Shown here: one piece after another, positions 30,322 to 42,770 of the stretch
Layout: every line of letters starts with the position of its first letter
Position numbering within the stretch: the stretch's first letter is position 1
NCBI GenBank assembly: GCA_964415025.1
Contig: CAYPXF010000002.1
Coordinates: 11,825-75,824 of the forward strand
DNA from: an uncultured Gammaproteobacteria bacterium
GTDB lineage: Bacteria; Patescibacteriota; Patescibacteriia; UBA10025; JAHIVO01
Direction: 5' to 3'
Length of the DNA: 64,000 nucleotides
Position numbers and translations under genes: made by a program
The notes under the pieces: model-generated
The model's input: only the letters and a program-made list of their open reading frames with translations
Told to the model about the DNA's origin: nothing
The model's database searches: none

Positions 30322-31002
30322 TTATACCGTAACTTTAATACCCGGACCCATGGTGGTGCACAGCGTCACTTTTTGGATATACGTGCCCTTAACCGCGGAC
30401 GGCTTAGCGCGCTTAATCGCGTCCAGAAAAGCTTCGTAATTCTCTACCAGCTGTTTTTCTTCAAACGAGGTACGGCCGATTAGCTGGTGCACGTTGCCTG
30501 TTTCGTCATTGCGGAATGTAATTTTACCCTCGCCCAGTGCTTTGATAGTCTTGGCGATGTCGGCGGTAACTGTTTCATTCCGCGGATTAGGCATCAGTCC
30601 CTTCGGGCCGAGAATTTTAGCAATCTGGCCGATTTTCTTCATCATGGCCGGCGTGGCCAGAGCAATATCAAAATCAGTTTTACTGGTTTTCTTAATTTCA
30701 GCAATAATCTCTTCGCCGCCGACGATAGCGGCACCGGCTTGTTTGGCAGCATCTGCATCCTTGCCTTCGGCAAAAACAGCGATTTTTTTAGTTTTACCCG
30801 TACCGTGCGGCAGGACAACCGAACCGCGGACCGTCTGGTCAGCCTTTTTCGGATCAATACCGAGTCGAATATGCACCTCAACACCGGCGTCAAACTTTGT
30901 CGTCGACGTCTTTTTTGCTGCGGCTACAGCGTCTGTCAACTCGTATTGTTTTTGCTGATCAAACTGCGCTTTGGCTGTTTGGTAGCGTTTTGAACGCTTC
31001 AT
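30322..31002 (-). CDS. rplA: 50S ribosomal protein L1
   Basis: L1 family blocks ([25 protein letters not shown]). Confidence 0.9.
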   Translation of the reverse strand: MKRSKRYQTAKAQFDQQKQYELTDAVAAAKKTSTTKFDAGVEVHIRLGIDPKKADQTVRGSVVLPHGTGKTKKIAVFAEGKDADAAKQAGAAIVGGEEIIAEIKKTSKTDFDIALATPAMMKKIGQIAKILGPKGLMPNPRNETVTADIAKTIKALGEGKITFRNDETGNVHQLIGRTSFEEKQLVENYEAFLDAIKRAKPSAVKGTYIQKVTLCTTMGPGIKVTV

Positions 31003-31072
31003 ATGGATTGTTCCTTCGTGGTACTGACGCTAGCGAGACCAATCGCCAGCTCCCACAAATTAATATAATATT

Positions 31073-31915
31073 TTATTTTTCCCCTTGCTTATCCTTTCGC
31101 ACCTGCCGTATCCGCTGCCAATGATACCAGAAAAGCGGCACACCGACAAGGAAAAAAGGCAGCGCAGCGGCGGCGTTCCGCTGGAGTGTATCTATGGTTT
31201 CTGTCCGAGCTTGTTGGCTTTGGTAGTCCTGCAACAGTGTCACGGTAGCGCTATCTAGAGCGCACGCATCAGCGCAATCCACTAGCTGTTCGGCCGTAGA
31301 CTGTGTGCCTGGCAGTGCCCGCGGCGAGGCTACCTTTTCAGTACGTTCGTATTCACCGGCGCTGGGAAATACCCACGCTTTCAGGCCTGTATTGACCAGC
31401 ACGCCCGCAGAAATTACGATCATCAGCAGAGCGGCAAATGAAATAAGGTAATAATATATTTGGTGGATAAGCAGCGTACTGTCATGCTTGCGATCTCGGC
31501 GGACCTCACGGAAATGGATTAAAAATATCGGCAGGGCAATAATGAAAAATGAAAACCCGCCGATGGCATCTTGCAACCGGTCAGCATTAGGGTCAATTTT
31601 TTGCTCCTGCCACTGGGAATACGATTCCTGCCACGTGGCGAGTTGCTGCCGCTGCGTATCAGTCAATGAACACTCCCCTGCTTCACAGCTGATTTCATCC
31701 GGAGCGCCTGTTGTTGGATTTTCCAAAAATAGCTCCGGCGAATAACCCGCGCGGCTCCAGCTGTATTCGGCTTCGGTAAATACCCAGGTGCGTAGCCCTA
31801 ATCCCAGCAAATAAATAAGCGAGCCAACGACAATACCTAGTGTAACCAATGAGGCTACGTAAAAATATATTTTTTTGACCGTAGTTTTTCGTGCGTTGCC
31901 GTCCTGCTGGTCCAT
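31073..31915 (-). CDS. hypothetical 4-TM membrane protein with an internal tandem duplication, inserted between rplK and rplA
   Basis: Two about 125-aa halves, each with a TM helix, a W-x-F...EYS block, a pair of Cys, a Q-rich segment and a second TM helix with an F/W-HxxR end. Confidence 0.6.
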   Translation of the reverse strand: MDQQDGNARKTTVKKIYFYVASLVTLGIVVGSLIYLLGLGLRTWVFTEAEYSWSRAGYSPELFLENPTTGAPDEISCEAGECSLTDTQRQQLATWQESYSQWQEQKIDPNADRLQDAIGGFSFFIIALPIFLIHFREVRRDRKHDSTLLIHQIYYYLISFAALLMIVISAGVLVNTGLKAWVFPSAGEYERTEKVASPRALPGTQSTAEQLVDCADACALDSATVTLLQDYQSQQARTETIDTLQRNAAAALPFFLVGVPLFWYHWQRIRQVRKDKQGEK

Positions 31916-31919
31916 AGTG

Positions 31920-32348
31920 CTAACCCTCTACCTGAATGCCCATATTGCGGGCAGTCCCCTCGATAATTTTCATGGCACCCTCGATGTCGTTCGCGTTTAG
32001 GTCAGGCATTTTTTTCTCGGCAATTTCCTTTATCTGGGCCTTAGTCACCTTGCCCACCTTAGTTTTCAGCGGATCACCGGAGCCTTTCTTAATACCGGCG
32101 GCTTTTTTTAGCAATTCGGCAGCCGGCGGCGTTTTCAGCTTAAACGTATAACTGCGATCCTCAAAAATCGTCAGCTCCACGGGTATTACGTCTCCGCCCT
32201 TATCCTTAGTCTCGGCATTGAATTTAGTACAAAATTCCTGGATATTCAGGCCGTGCTGACCCAGTGCCGGACCGATGGGCGGTGCTGGCGTAGCCTTGCC
32301 CGCCTGGATCTGGAGTTTAACAACTGTTTTTACTTTTTTATTGGCCAT
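31920..32348 (-). CDS. rplK: 50S ribosomal protein L11
   Basis: [23 protein letters not shown] signature. Confidence 0.9.
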   Translation of the reverse strand: MANKKVKTVVKLQIQAGKATPAPPIGPALGQHGLNIQEFCTKFNAETKDKGGDVIPVELTIFEDRSYTFKLKTPPAAELLKKAAGIKKGSGDPLKTKVGKVTKAQIKEIAEKKMPDLNANDIEGAMKIIEGTARNMGIQVEG

Positions 32349-32388
32349 GGTGGTAACAAGTAATTAGTAATGGATAATGAAGATGATA

Positions 32389-32934
32389 TTAAATCTTCTT
32401 AATCTGCAAAAAGTCTAATTCAACTGGCGTTTCGCGACCAAACATGGAGACCAGCACTTTTACTTTGCCGCGGGCTTCATCAACTTCTGATACTTTACCC
32501 TCAAACTCTTTGAACGGCCCGTCAGTAATCTTAACCGGCGTACCGGCTGACACGTCAATCTTATACTTTGGCTCTTCCACGCCCATACGCTTCTGGATGG
32601 ACTTGACCTCTTCCTCGGAAATCGGGGTCGGTGTCGTGCCCGAACCGACAAAACCAGTCACATTCGGCGTATTACGCACCACGTACCAGGAATCGTCCGT
32701 GACAATCATTTCTACTAGCACGTAGCCGGGGAATATTTTCTCGGTCACGACGCGGCGTTTACCGTTCTTTATCTTAATTTTCTTTTCAGTCGGAATCAGA
32801 ACGCTGAAAATCTTATCCTGCATATCCATGGATTCAATACGCTGCCGTAAATTGCGGGATACATTTTCCTCATACCCAGAATAGGTATGAAGCACATACC
32901 AGCGTCGTCCTTGTTGTAATGTCTGTTTAGGCAT
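32389..32934 (-). CDS. nusG: transcription termination/antitermination factor NusG
   Basis: WYVLHTYSGYE NGN domain plus a C-terminal KOW. Confidence 0.9.
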   Translation of the reverse strand: MPKQTLQQGRRWYVLHTYSGYEENVSRNLRQRIESMDMQDKIFSVLIPTEKKIKIKNGKRRVVTEKIFPGYVLVEMIVTDDSWYVVRNTPNVTGFVGSGTTPTPISEEEVKSIQKRMGVEEPKYKIDVSAGTPVKITDGPFKEFEGKVSEVDEARGKVKVLVSMFGRETPVELDFLQIKKI

Positions 32935-32961
32935 ACCCTAAAAAAATTCAATGTTATTTAT

Positions 32962-33150
32962 TTATCGGCTAATCACCTGTTCTAATACGATATTCAGATT
33001 AAAATCAATCGCCCCTAAAAATATTGCCGTGGCAATACTGATCCCAATTACCAGCAGGGTGTATTTAATGGTTTCCTGACGTGACGGCCACACTACCTTT
33101 TTCAGCTCGTCGCGTGATTCTTTGATGTAATTGATTATTTTTTTTAGCAT
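32962..33150 (-). CDS. secE: preprotein translocase subunit SecE
   Basis: 62 aa with a single TM helix and a VVWPSRQE motif. Sits upstream of nusG as in the conserved cluster. Confidence 0.8.
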   Translation of the reverse strand: MLKKIINYIKESRDELKKVVWPSRQETIKYTLLVIGISIATAIFLGAIDFNLNIVLEQVISR

Positions 33151-33264
33151 AGTAGTTCAGCAGTGATAAAGGGCCTAATAAGGCCAAAAAGCGGTACAAG
33201 TGAAAACCTTACTTTTTCACTTATTATGCCTTATAACGCTGATACCCCCATGAAAAAGTGGTAT

Positions 33265-33285
33265 CTAAAAACCCCGTCCGCGGGG
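33265..33285 (-). terminator. rho-independent terminator (CCCCG cgga CGGGG then U5 on the minus strand)
   Basis: GC hairpin plus a T-run, read directly. Confidence 0.45.
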
Positions 33286-33588
33286 CTTCCATAGCTAACC
33301 CCAGCTTACTATAGGGATATTTTTTTGTCAAATAGTATTTTATGGGGAGGAGAAGGATTATAGGAGTTATAGGTTCAGAGAAAAAGGTCGAGAAAAAATA
33401 GACAAAAGAAATGAAAATATGAGGACAACCTCTTAGCTTGTTGACATTTAGCTCTTATAGCTTCGCTGGGGCCTTTATTAAATATCTAAATTATAGCTGG
33501 CTAGGCTCCTCAGCAAACTCGGGACGAGTCTATATATCCAAATCCTTCACAGACTTCGCCCTTCAGTTTTATCAGAACAAAATCATCT

Positions 33589-35739
<2,151 letters not shown>

Positions 35740-35830
35740 TTAATAGGTGTAAAGGTTGATACATGCCATAGTACTTTATGAACCGGTTAAACCCTTAGCC
35801 GATAATTCATGTAGCTCCCAGTAACCTGTA

Positions 35831-36811
35831 TTATTGAAGGAACGAGTACATGATAAAAGCAAAGTACCCAAGGAGCATGAATAAACCGATAAGACGGTAT
35901 GTTTTGACGTTTTCTTTCAGTACTGGGAAGACGGATACGGTAAAGAGGAACACGATCGGCAAGCTGACATATATATCTCGTGCCGAAACAGAAATCGGCA
36001 GAATCACCGCCGCCACCCCGAGGATGAGCAAGGTGTTGAAAATATTACTGCCCAGGATCATGCCCACGTTGATCTGGTCTTCTTTCTTCAGCGCGGCAAC
36101 CACTGAGGTAATCAATTCAGGCAATGAAGTACCGAGTGCTACCATAGACAGGCCAATAACCATTTGGCTGACACCGACCGATTCAGCAACAGATACCGCG
36201 CTGTCGACTAACAGCTTGGAGCCGGCTAATAAAATAGCCAAACCAAATACGGCCATAGCGATATTGCGGAACATTTCCCGGCGGCGTGTGCGCTTATGTT
36301 CGATCATGTCCTCAATTTTTTCCTCAATCTCTTCCAGCTCATGCTTGAGTTTGCCCATCATCTTGCGCCGGACAGTGGCAATATTGTAATAGATAAACAC
36401 GGTAAAGAGCAAGAGCAAAACAATCCCGTCAATGCGTCCGATAGTCCCGTCCAGACTTAAGGCAAACAGCAATCCAGTCACTACTATTAAAAATGGAAAT
36501 TCTCGTCGCACTGCTTTTTCCTCTGACTTGGGCGGCCAGATCAGCACAACTAAGCCTAAGATAAGGCCGATGTTAGCTATATTACTGCCAATGACATTAC
36601 CAATAGCGATGTCGCTGTTGCCCTGGGTCGAAGCGACTGTACTGACCAGCAGCTCTGGCGCGCTGGTGCCAAAGGCAACGACCGTCATACCGATAATTAG
36701 CGGCGAAATTCCCGCGTTTTTGGCCAGCCATGAGCTGTTTTTTACCATGGTTTCCGCGCCCCAGTACAATAAGGCAATACCGACTAAAAATAATATAATG
36801 TCGAGCAGCAT
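35831..36811 (-). CDS. Ca2+/Na+ antiporter (CaCA/YrbG family)
   Basis: Two alpha-repeats, GNVIGSNIANIGLILG and MILGSNIFNTLLILG. Confidence 0.85.
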   Translation of the reverse strand: MLLDIILFLVGIALLYWGAETMVKNSSWLAKNAGISPLIIGMTVVAFGTSAPELLVSTVASTQGNSDIAIGNVIGSNIANIGLILGLVVLIWPPKSEEKAVRREFPFLIVVTGLLFALSLDGTIGRIDGIVLLLLFTVFIYYNIATVRRKMMGKLKHELEEIEEKIEDMIEHKRTRRREMFRNIAMAVFGLAILLAGSKLLVDSAVSVAESVGVSQMVIGLSMVALGTSLPELITSVVAALKKEDQINVGMILGSNIFNTLLILGVAAVILPISVSARDIYVSLPIVFLFTVSVFPVLKENVKTYRLIGLFMLLGYFAFIMYSFLQ

Positions 36812-36812
36812 A

Positions 36813-39161
36813 TTATTGCTTTAGCTTCATGTTAAATTTTTTTTCTAAGGCACTAATGACTTTGTGCCGCACCGCTTCAATTTCATCTGAAGTTAGTGTG
36901 TGGTCTGGTGATTGTAATGTCAATCGAAAGGTAGCGCTATGCTCTTTTTCTGATGGTTTTTTGTATAGCTGGCCAATAGCACGAAAATCAGAAATTATTT
37001 TGGTGTCCAGATCCTTAACTATTTTTACTATTTTTTCATAAGACGCGTCCGAAGGAGTAAAAAAAGTTAAATCCTGTAGCGCAACTGGATACCGTGATAA
37101 TCTGGTATAAACTCTTCGTTCGTTGGCAAAAGAGAGCAGTATCTGCATATTAAGCTGAAAAAATGCTTTGGGATTGCCAGTTTTACCACTTTGCGTATTA
37201 TCTTCGGGGATTATTCCACAAATACCAATCTCATTATTGTTAACACTAATCACGAATCTATTATTATCTCCCTTTATGTACTGCGCATCCTGGATAGTAA
37301 TCTGCAATTGCTGCACTAATTTCTGAATAATGCTTTTGACTTCTTGAAAACACTGGAATCTACTTCTTGTTTTATCATAAACTGTACCAGCAACAAGTAA
37401 TTGTTCATCAGGCATGCTTTGTTTATTGTAATATACGTTCCCTACTTCATATATTTTAATCACTTCTCTTTCCTGGTATTGTTCCTTGTTCCTCATAAAT
37501 AGTTGGGGCAATAAACTTACTCGTAAATACTTCTGCTCTGGATTAATTGGATTCTCAATTTCGTAATGACAAGCATCCGGCATATAGCTTCGTAATGCTT
37601 CGCTGTAAAACGAATAATTCAGCACCTCGGTCATGCCGCAGGCCATGAGGATGCGCTTGATTTTCCTTGTCCAATAAATGTGTTCAGGAATATGGGGCGG
37701 CCTAATAGCACCGATAATAGGTTCGGGCTTAATTTTGTTCCAGCCATGGATACGTCCTACCTCCTCTACCAAATCGGCCGGGATGGTCACGTCCGGACGA
37801 AACGCGGGCACGACCACGCGTAGCTGTTTGCCGGATGAGGAAATCTTGAAATATAATTTTTCTAAATACTTCTTTATCTGGCCGGCGGTAAAGGCATGGC
37901 CGATCAGACCGGAAATATACTCGGCAGTCGTAAAAATTATTGTCGGCTTTGTTTTTTTCTGCTTGGCGACAGTAATCACGCCCTTGGCGACCTGCCCGTC
38001 AGCCAGCTCGGCCATGAGCTGGGCCGCGCGGTCAGCTGCCTGCTCGGCCAATCCAGGCCACAGCCCTTTTTCAAAACGGGTTGACGCTTCGGTCACTATG
38101 CCCATCGACTGCCTGGTTTTGCGGATGGACACCGGCTTGAACAGCGCTGATTCAATCAGTACATCATTAGTCGAGGTCAGTATTTCAGAGTTTTTACCGC
38201 CGATCACTCCGGCAACAGCAATCGGCTGTTTATCATCAGCAATCACCAGCATATCCGGTTGTAGCTGTCTGGCCTCATCATCGAGGGTTATTAAGTGCTT
38301 GTCATTGCCGGCACGGCGCACCACAACTTTTCTGTTATTGACACGGTCCAGGTCAAACGCATGCAGCGGCTGGCCGTACTCCAGCATCACGTAGTTAGCC
38401 ACGTCGACAATATTATTAATCGGTTTGAGCCCGGCCGCTCGCAGGACCCCCTGCAGCCACAGCGGAGATTGACGGACATCCACACTCTTTACCACCCGGG
38501 CAGTATAGTGCGGGCACAGCTCTGGATCAGCTACCTGGATGCTGACTTCCTTATCCGCGGTAAACATTGAGCTTTGTTTAACGCTAACCTTAGGATAGGT
38601 AATGTTCCGGCCGGTCAAGGCGGCGTATTCCCTGGCTAAACCGAGTATAGAAAACCCGTCCGGCCTGTTCGGCGATACGCTAATATCCAGCACCGTATCA
38701 TTGATCTTAAGCGCCTGCGGTAACGGCTGTCCCGGCGCAGCTTCAGCCGGCAGCACCATGATGCCGCTGTGGTCGCGGCCCAGCTCGAGCTCATCTTCAG
38801 CGCACAGCATACCCTCTGACGCCGCGCCGCGGATGTCACGCTTTTCTATTTTGAGACCGTTTGGCAAAGTGACGCCAACGCGTGCTACCGGCACCTTATG
38901 GCCCGGTTTAATATTTTTGGCGCCGCAGACTATAGATAATCTGCGGCTCGTGCCTATGTCTACTGAACAGACAGTCAGTTTATCAGCATTGGGATGGCTG
39001 TCGATTGCCTGGACCTGGCCGACGATGATATCCTCCAGTTCCTTTCCCAGCGGTATGACCTGTTCTACCTCAAATCCAGTCAGCGTAAAAATTTCCGCGA
39101 CCTTGTCCGGTTTTTCTTTTACCTCGACGTATTGTTGTAGCCAGTTTAATGAAAGATGCAT
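36813..39161 (-). CDS. pheT: phenylalanyl-tRNA synthetase beta subunit
   Basis: 782 aa with tRNA-binding, B3/B4 and B5 domains. Immediately downstream of pheS. Confidence 0.9.
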   Translation of the reverse strand: MHLSLNWLQQYVEVKEKPDKVAEIFTLTGFEVEQVIPLGKELEDIIVGQVQAIDSHPNADKLTVCSVDIGTSRRLSIVCGAKNIKPGHKVPVARVGVTLPNGLKIEKRDIRGAASEGMLCAEDELELGRDHSGIMVLPAEAAPGQPLPQALKINDTVLDISVSPNRPDGFSILGLAREYAALTGRNITYPKVSVKQSSMFTADKEVSIQVADPELCPHYTARVVKSVDVRQSPLWLQGVLRAAGLKPINNIVDVANYVMLEYGQPLHAFDLDRVNNRKVVVRRAGNDKHLITLDDEARQLQPDMLVIADDKQPIAVAGVIGGKNSEILTSTNDVLIESALFKPVSIRKTRQSMGIVTEASTRFEKGLWPGLAEQAADRAAQLMAELADGQVAKGVITVAKQKKTKPTIIFTTAEYISGLIGHAFTAGQIKKYLEKLYFKISSSGKQLRVVVPAFRPDVTIPADLVEEVGRIHGWNKIKPEPIIGAIRPPHIPEHIYWTRKIKRILMACGMTEVLNYSFYSEALRSYMPDACHYEIENPINPEQKYLRVSLLPQLFMRNKEQYQEREVIKIYEVGNVYYNKQSMPDEQLLVAGTVYDKTRSRFQCFQEVKSIIQKLVQQLQITIQDAQYIKGDNNRFVISVNNNEIGICGIIPEDNTQSGKTGNPKAFFQLNMQILLSFANERRVYTRLSRYPVALQDLTFFTPSDASYEKIVKIVKDLDTKIISDFRAIGQLYKKPSEKEHSATFRLTLQSPDHTLTSDEIEAVRHKVISALEKKFNMKLKQ

Positions 39162-39312
39162 AGTGGCTTATTATTCTCTGTCAGAATATAAATGTATAAG
39201 TCATTCAGAGCGAAACGCAGTGAAGCGAAGAATCTTTATGACCTATGGCTATACTGCATAAAGATTCTTCACCCTCATTACCATTTGGGCTCTGAATGAC
39301 AGAGAATTATTT

Positions 39313-40323
39313 CTAAAACTGCTCTAGGAAACGTAAATCACCGCTATACGACAAGCGGATATCATCAATCCCGTGGTACAGCATCATCAGCCGGTCTATG
39401 CCCAATCCAAAAGCAAAGCCTGAATATTTATGTGCGTCTACTCCCATGTTCTTCAATACTGCGGGATGCACCATACCGCTGCCCAGCATTTCCAGCCAGC
39501 CGCGCTGTTTGCATACCGAACACCCCCTGCCCCCGCAAATCAAACACTGCATATCGATGTCCATGCCCGGCTCGACAAATGGATACAGTTCTGGCCGCAC
39601 CCTTGTCTTCACTTTATCGCCGTATATAGCCTTAAGAAAAGAATCAAGCGTATAAATCAAATTACTGACCGTAATCCCCTTATCAATCACTAAACCTTCG
39701 CATTGGTAAAAATTCGTCTCATGTCCGGCATCGGTCGCTTCATTGCGGAATACCCGGCCTGGTGCGATTAACCTGACCGGTGGCTTTTTGTCCGCCATGG
39801 CCCGCAGCTGTACCGGTGAGGTATGCGTGCGCATGAGCAACCCGCCCTCCACATAAAACGTATCCCAGGCGTCCCGAGCTGGGTGGTCTTTGGGAATGTT
39901 TAGTAAATCAAAATTATACTCCGGAGTTTCTACTTCTGGGCCATCTACTATCCCAAACCCCATAGACATGAATATATCCTCGACCCGCTCCATAAACTGG
40001 GTAATCGGATGCAAATGGCCGATATCTGCCGGATCGCCAGGCCAGGTCATCTCCAGCGGTGAAATAGCAGGCGCCTTGTCCGTGTCTAATTGCTGTTTTT
40101 TCTCGGCTACAGCCTGGGTAACAGCCTGCTTGACCCTATTAGCCAGCTGGCCCATGGCCGGTTTATCCTTAGGCGGAGCGTCCTTGAGCAGTTTCATGAA
40201 CTTAGCCAGTAGGCCCTTACGTCCCAAATACTTAGTTTCCAGCTTTGCCAAATCAGCCGCACTATCTGCGGCCTGAATTTGTGCTAATGCCTGTTGTCTA
40301 ACTGTTTGTAATTCCTGTTTCAT
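39313..40323 (-). CDS. pheS: phenylalanyl-tRNA synthetase alpha subunit
   Basis: Class II motifs (FRNEATDAGHETNFYQCEG, GLGIDRLMML). Confidence 0.9.
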   Translation of the reverse strand: MKQELQTVRQQALAQIQAADSAADLAKLETKYLGRKGLLAKFMKLLKDAPPKDKPAMGQLANRVKQAVTQAVAEKKQQLDTDKAPAISPLEMTWPGDPADIGHLHPITQFMERVEDIFMSMGFGIVDGPEVETPEYNFDLLNIPKDHPARDAWDTFYVEGGLLMRTHTSPVQLRAMADKKPPVRLIAPGRVFRNEATDAGHETNFYQCEGLVIDKGITVSNLIYTLDSFLKAIYGDKVKTRVRPELYPFVEPGMDIDMQCLICGGRGCSVCKQRGWLEMLGSGMVHPAVLKNMGVDAHKYSGFAFGLGIDRLMMLYHGIDDIRLSYSGDLRFLEQF

Positions 40324-40330
40324 AACATAC

Positions 40331-40717
40331 TTATGCCCGACTGACTACTTTGCGTGAGATAAAGAAAAATTCTATAAGCGCAAGTAATGCGACAACCAGT
40401 AAAATGCTCCACCACCGTAAATAGCCACTCCCCTGCATCATGAGTAAACTGATAATAAGTATAGAAAACAACAATGCCTGCCGTGTCGACACTCTCAAAT
40501 GCCGGAAAATAACCTGCTCCCGGGAAAACCACACGCGCATGAAAAATCCGATCAAAGAAAATGTGCCAACCAGGGCAAACATCAGCGCTAGGTAAAATAA
40601 GGCAAATCCAATAAAACCGGCTTCCTCCGGGTTGAGATAAAAGAGTACAATGAGCCATGCCAGCCAGCTGACAAAGGTCGCTGCGGTCATGAATATGAGG
40701 TACTGTTTGAGTGACAT
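40331..40717 (-). CDS. hypothetical 4-TM membrane protein
   Basis: 128-aa hydrophobic ORF directly upstream of pheS on the same strand. Confidence 0.5.
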   Translation of the reverse strand: MSLKQYLIFMTAATFVSWLAWLIVLFYLNPEEAGFIGFALFYLALMFALVGTFSLIGFFMRVWFSREQVIFRHLRVSTRQALLFSILIISLLMMQGSGYLRWWSILLVVALLALIEFFFISRKVVSRA

Positions 40718-40844
40718 TTTCTGGTAGTTTATTAAAAAAAGGCCGTCTCAACCTACCTCAAATATAACACAAATTACCCTCTGTGGCAAGCAATGGCAGT
40801 GTATTATTTTATTGCTAGTTTTAGCCTAAAAAATGGCCTAAATT

Positions 40845-41138
40845 TTACACTAAAAACCGCAACCGCTCAACCTTGTTTTTACCAGCAGTTTTATCTAATT
40901 TTTCGAGTATTTCCTGCTCATGCAGTTTTATTTCCTGGCCCATGGCCGAGCTCATTACCGCGATGGACAGTGTCTTATTTTTTATGTACATGGCCTTGGC
41001 CCGGCCTTCGGCTTTATCTCCGATAACATCTTTTAGAATTTTATTAAATGCGTCACACACCACCGCCGCCCCGACCTGGTCCCCGATCCCTGCTTTATTG
41101 ACTGATTGTTGTATTAGATTTCCTATTGATTCGGTCAT
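40845..41138 (-). CDS. DUF721-like small protein
   Basis: Pattern W/IGDQVGAAV..DAF..KDV.L.IAV.SSA...EIKL.EQEIL.KL matches the DUF721 architecture. Confidence 0.5.
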   Translation of the reverse strand: MTESIGNLIQQSVNKAGIGDQVGAAVVCDAFNKILKDVIGDKAEGRAKAMYIKNKTLSIAVMSSAMGQEIKLHEQEILEKLDKTAGKNKVERLRFLV

Positions 41139-41146
41139 AGAATAGA

Positions 41147-41488
41147 CTAATTAATGTATCTACCACTTAGGTAGCCCTTTATGCGCCCTCTATCTTCATT
41201 CGCTTTATTCCCCTTAAAATAAATTTCAATAAAAGTAACTTTATTGCTTTGTGTATGATACGCGTAGATTATCCTAAGGGAATTTCCCTTCAAATATTTG
41301 CAAAAAAAACGTGCTTTAATAATAGCACAGGTGTCATTTTTTGTGATGGTATTGAAATGTTTAGTGTTTCCGAGAGGAACTACCGTAATAACACGTTTGA
41401 ATACTTCTAAATCATCAGGTAGTGATTTATACTTCTTGCCCAGTTTTCTAAACTCCTTTCTGAATTCAGAAAGCTCATCAAAGTACAT
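41147..41488 (-). CDS. RelE/ParE-superfamily (HigB-like) toxin
   Basis: C-terminal LRIIYAYHTQSNKVTFIEIYFKG block typical of RelE/ParE-fold toxins. Overlaps the upstream antitoxin by 11 nt. Confidence 0.55.
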   Translation of the reverse strand: MYFDELSEFRKEFRKLGKKYKSLPDDLEVFKRVITVVPLGNTKHFNTITKNDTCAIIKARFFCKYLKGNSLRIIYAYHTQSNKVTFIEIYFKGNKANEDRGRIKGYLSGRYIN

Positions 41489-42254
41489 CTTCGTAATTTC
41501 TTACGGAGTACTGCTCGTCCCGATAAAATACACTCTCGTAAGAAAGTGGTTTTCCCTCGTTCGCCGACCTCCAGGGAATATCATTATGAGAATATTTCTC
41601 TATTTCATTCGCATTTTTGTCTGAAAGACGAGCAAGAACATCATCAATATGTTCAATTTCCCGTGCTGAAAGAATATTCAAGTCAGGCCTTTTAAGAGGT
41701 AAGTACTTCTTTTGTTTATATTTAAAATATTCACTTTTAATTGATTCTAGTTCCTCATTTTTTTCCATATCTTTGATGATCGAAGCAAGTTCCACTGAAG
41801 TAGGGCCATGATGATTTTTGATATATACTCCTCCCATTAAACTCTCTTCAAACTTTTCATAATAATCAAAATCAATAAAATACAATAATTTATGCAATAC
41901 TGTTTCCCCCACATTTGGTTTACTACCAACTTTGTTTAAAACATACAGGAGAACCTGTTTAAACTTATTAAGGTCCTTTTTTGTTATTCGAATCTGCATA
42001 TTATTGCTCCTGAAAAGACTCTCCTTCTCGGTTTCTGGAATGATAACTTTGTAATCAGATTCGGTTTCTTTAAGGATATTTTCAAGTGAAACATTAAAAA
42101 TACCAGCAAGCTTCCTTGCTTGTGATATTGTTAAATCCCTTTCGTCACCTTCTATTTGTAAATAAGTGGGACGAGAAATCCCCAGTTTATTTGCCAAATA
42201 TTTCTGGGTAAAACCATGTTTTTTACGCAGTGTGCGTATAAATTCACCAATCAT
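41478..42254 (-). CDS. HTH-XRE plus Panacea (DUF4065/SocA-like) domain antitoxin
   Basis: N-terminal LRKKHGFTQKYLANKLGISRPTYLQIE HTH, and a C-terminal GETVLHKLLYFIDFDYY...NHHGPTSVEL Panacea block. Confidence 0.65.
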   Translation of the reverse strand: MIGEFIRTLRKKHGFTQKYLANKLGISRPTYLQIEGDERDLTISQARKLAGIFNVSLENILKETESDYKVIIPETEKESLFRSNNMQIRITKKDLNKFKQVLLYVLNKVGSKPNVGETVLHKLLYFIDFDYYEKFEESLMGGVYIKNHHGPTSVELASIIKDMEKNEELESIKSEYFKYKQKKYLPLKRPDLNILSAREIEHIDDVLARLSDKNANEIEKYSHNDIPWRSANEGKPLSYESVFYRDEQYSVRNYEDVL

Positions 42255-42265
42255 AAGTTATCCAC

Positions 42266-42294
42266 ATTGTATCATATGTAAAATATGTTGTCAA
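42266..42294 (-). promoter_or_regulatory. consensus sigma-70 promoter TTGACA-17-TACAAT for the antitoxin-toxin operon
   Basis: Boxes read on the minus strand. The -10 box lies 11 nt from the antitoxin ATG, giving a near-leaderless transcript. Confidence 0.55.
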
Positions 42295-42540
42295 TATTAT
42301 TGTAAATATATTTGACATACATCAATCTTCTACATAACCGAGACCGAGGAAACGATCGGCACGTCCCACACGCTAGAACAGTGGCAGTCTTTCTCTGATT
42401 ATACTTCTTCAGTGAATGGTAGATTTAATGTAGTAGTCCCGGGTACATGCCTTAAGGACGCTAAGAAATTTGCCATAGACAATAGAATCAATGTTGACCA
42501 TTGGTACTATAATCCGAGTTACTAAATGTAAGGAATTATA

Positions 42541-42572
42541 AAAGCAAAAACAGGGAGCACGTCCCTGTTTTA
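42541..42572. terminator. bidirectional terminator (ACAGGGA gcacg TCCCTGT flanked by A/T runs)
   Basis: Read directly. Lies downstream of the helicase gene end. Confidence 0.45.
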
Positions 42573-42770
42573 TGATGCATTGTTAGATTATTGCCACCTA
42601 AAATCAAACCAGTTACCCAGTACACTAATACAATACGTTGGACACGGCGGGCAGGACTCCCTTTCTGGGCAAGTGGTACAGATTCCTAATCAATGTCTAA
42701 TTTGAGAATTAATTAATTGAACATTGATCATTGTTTGGCTATTGGTAATTAAATATTGGTAATTACCTCG

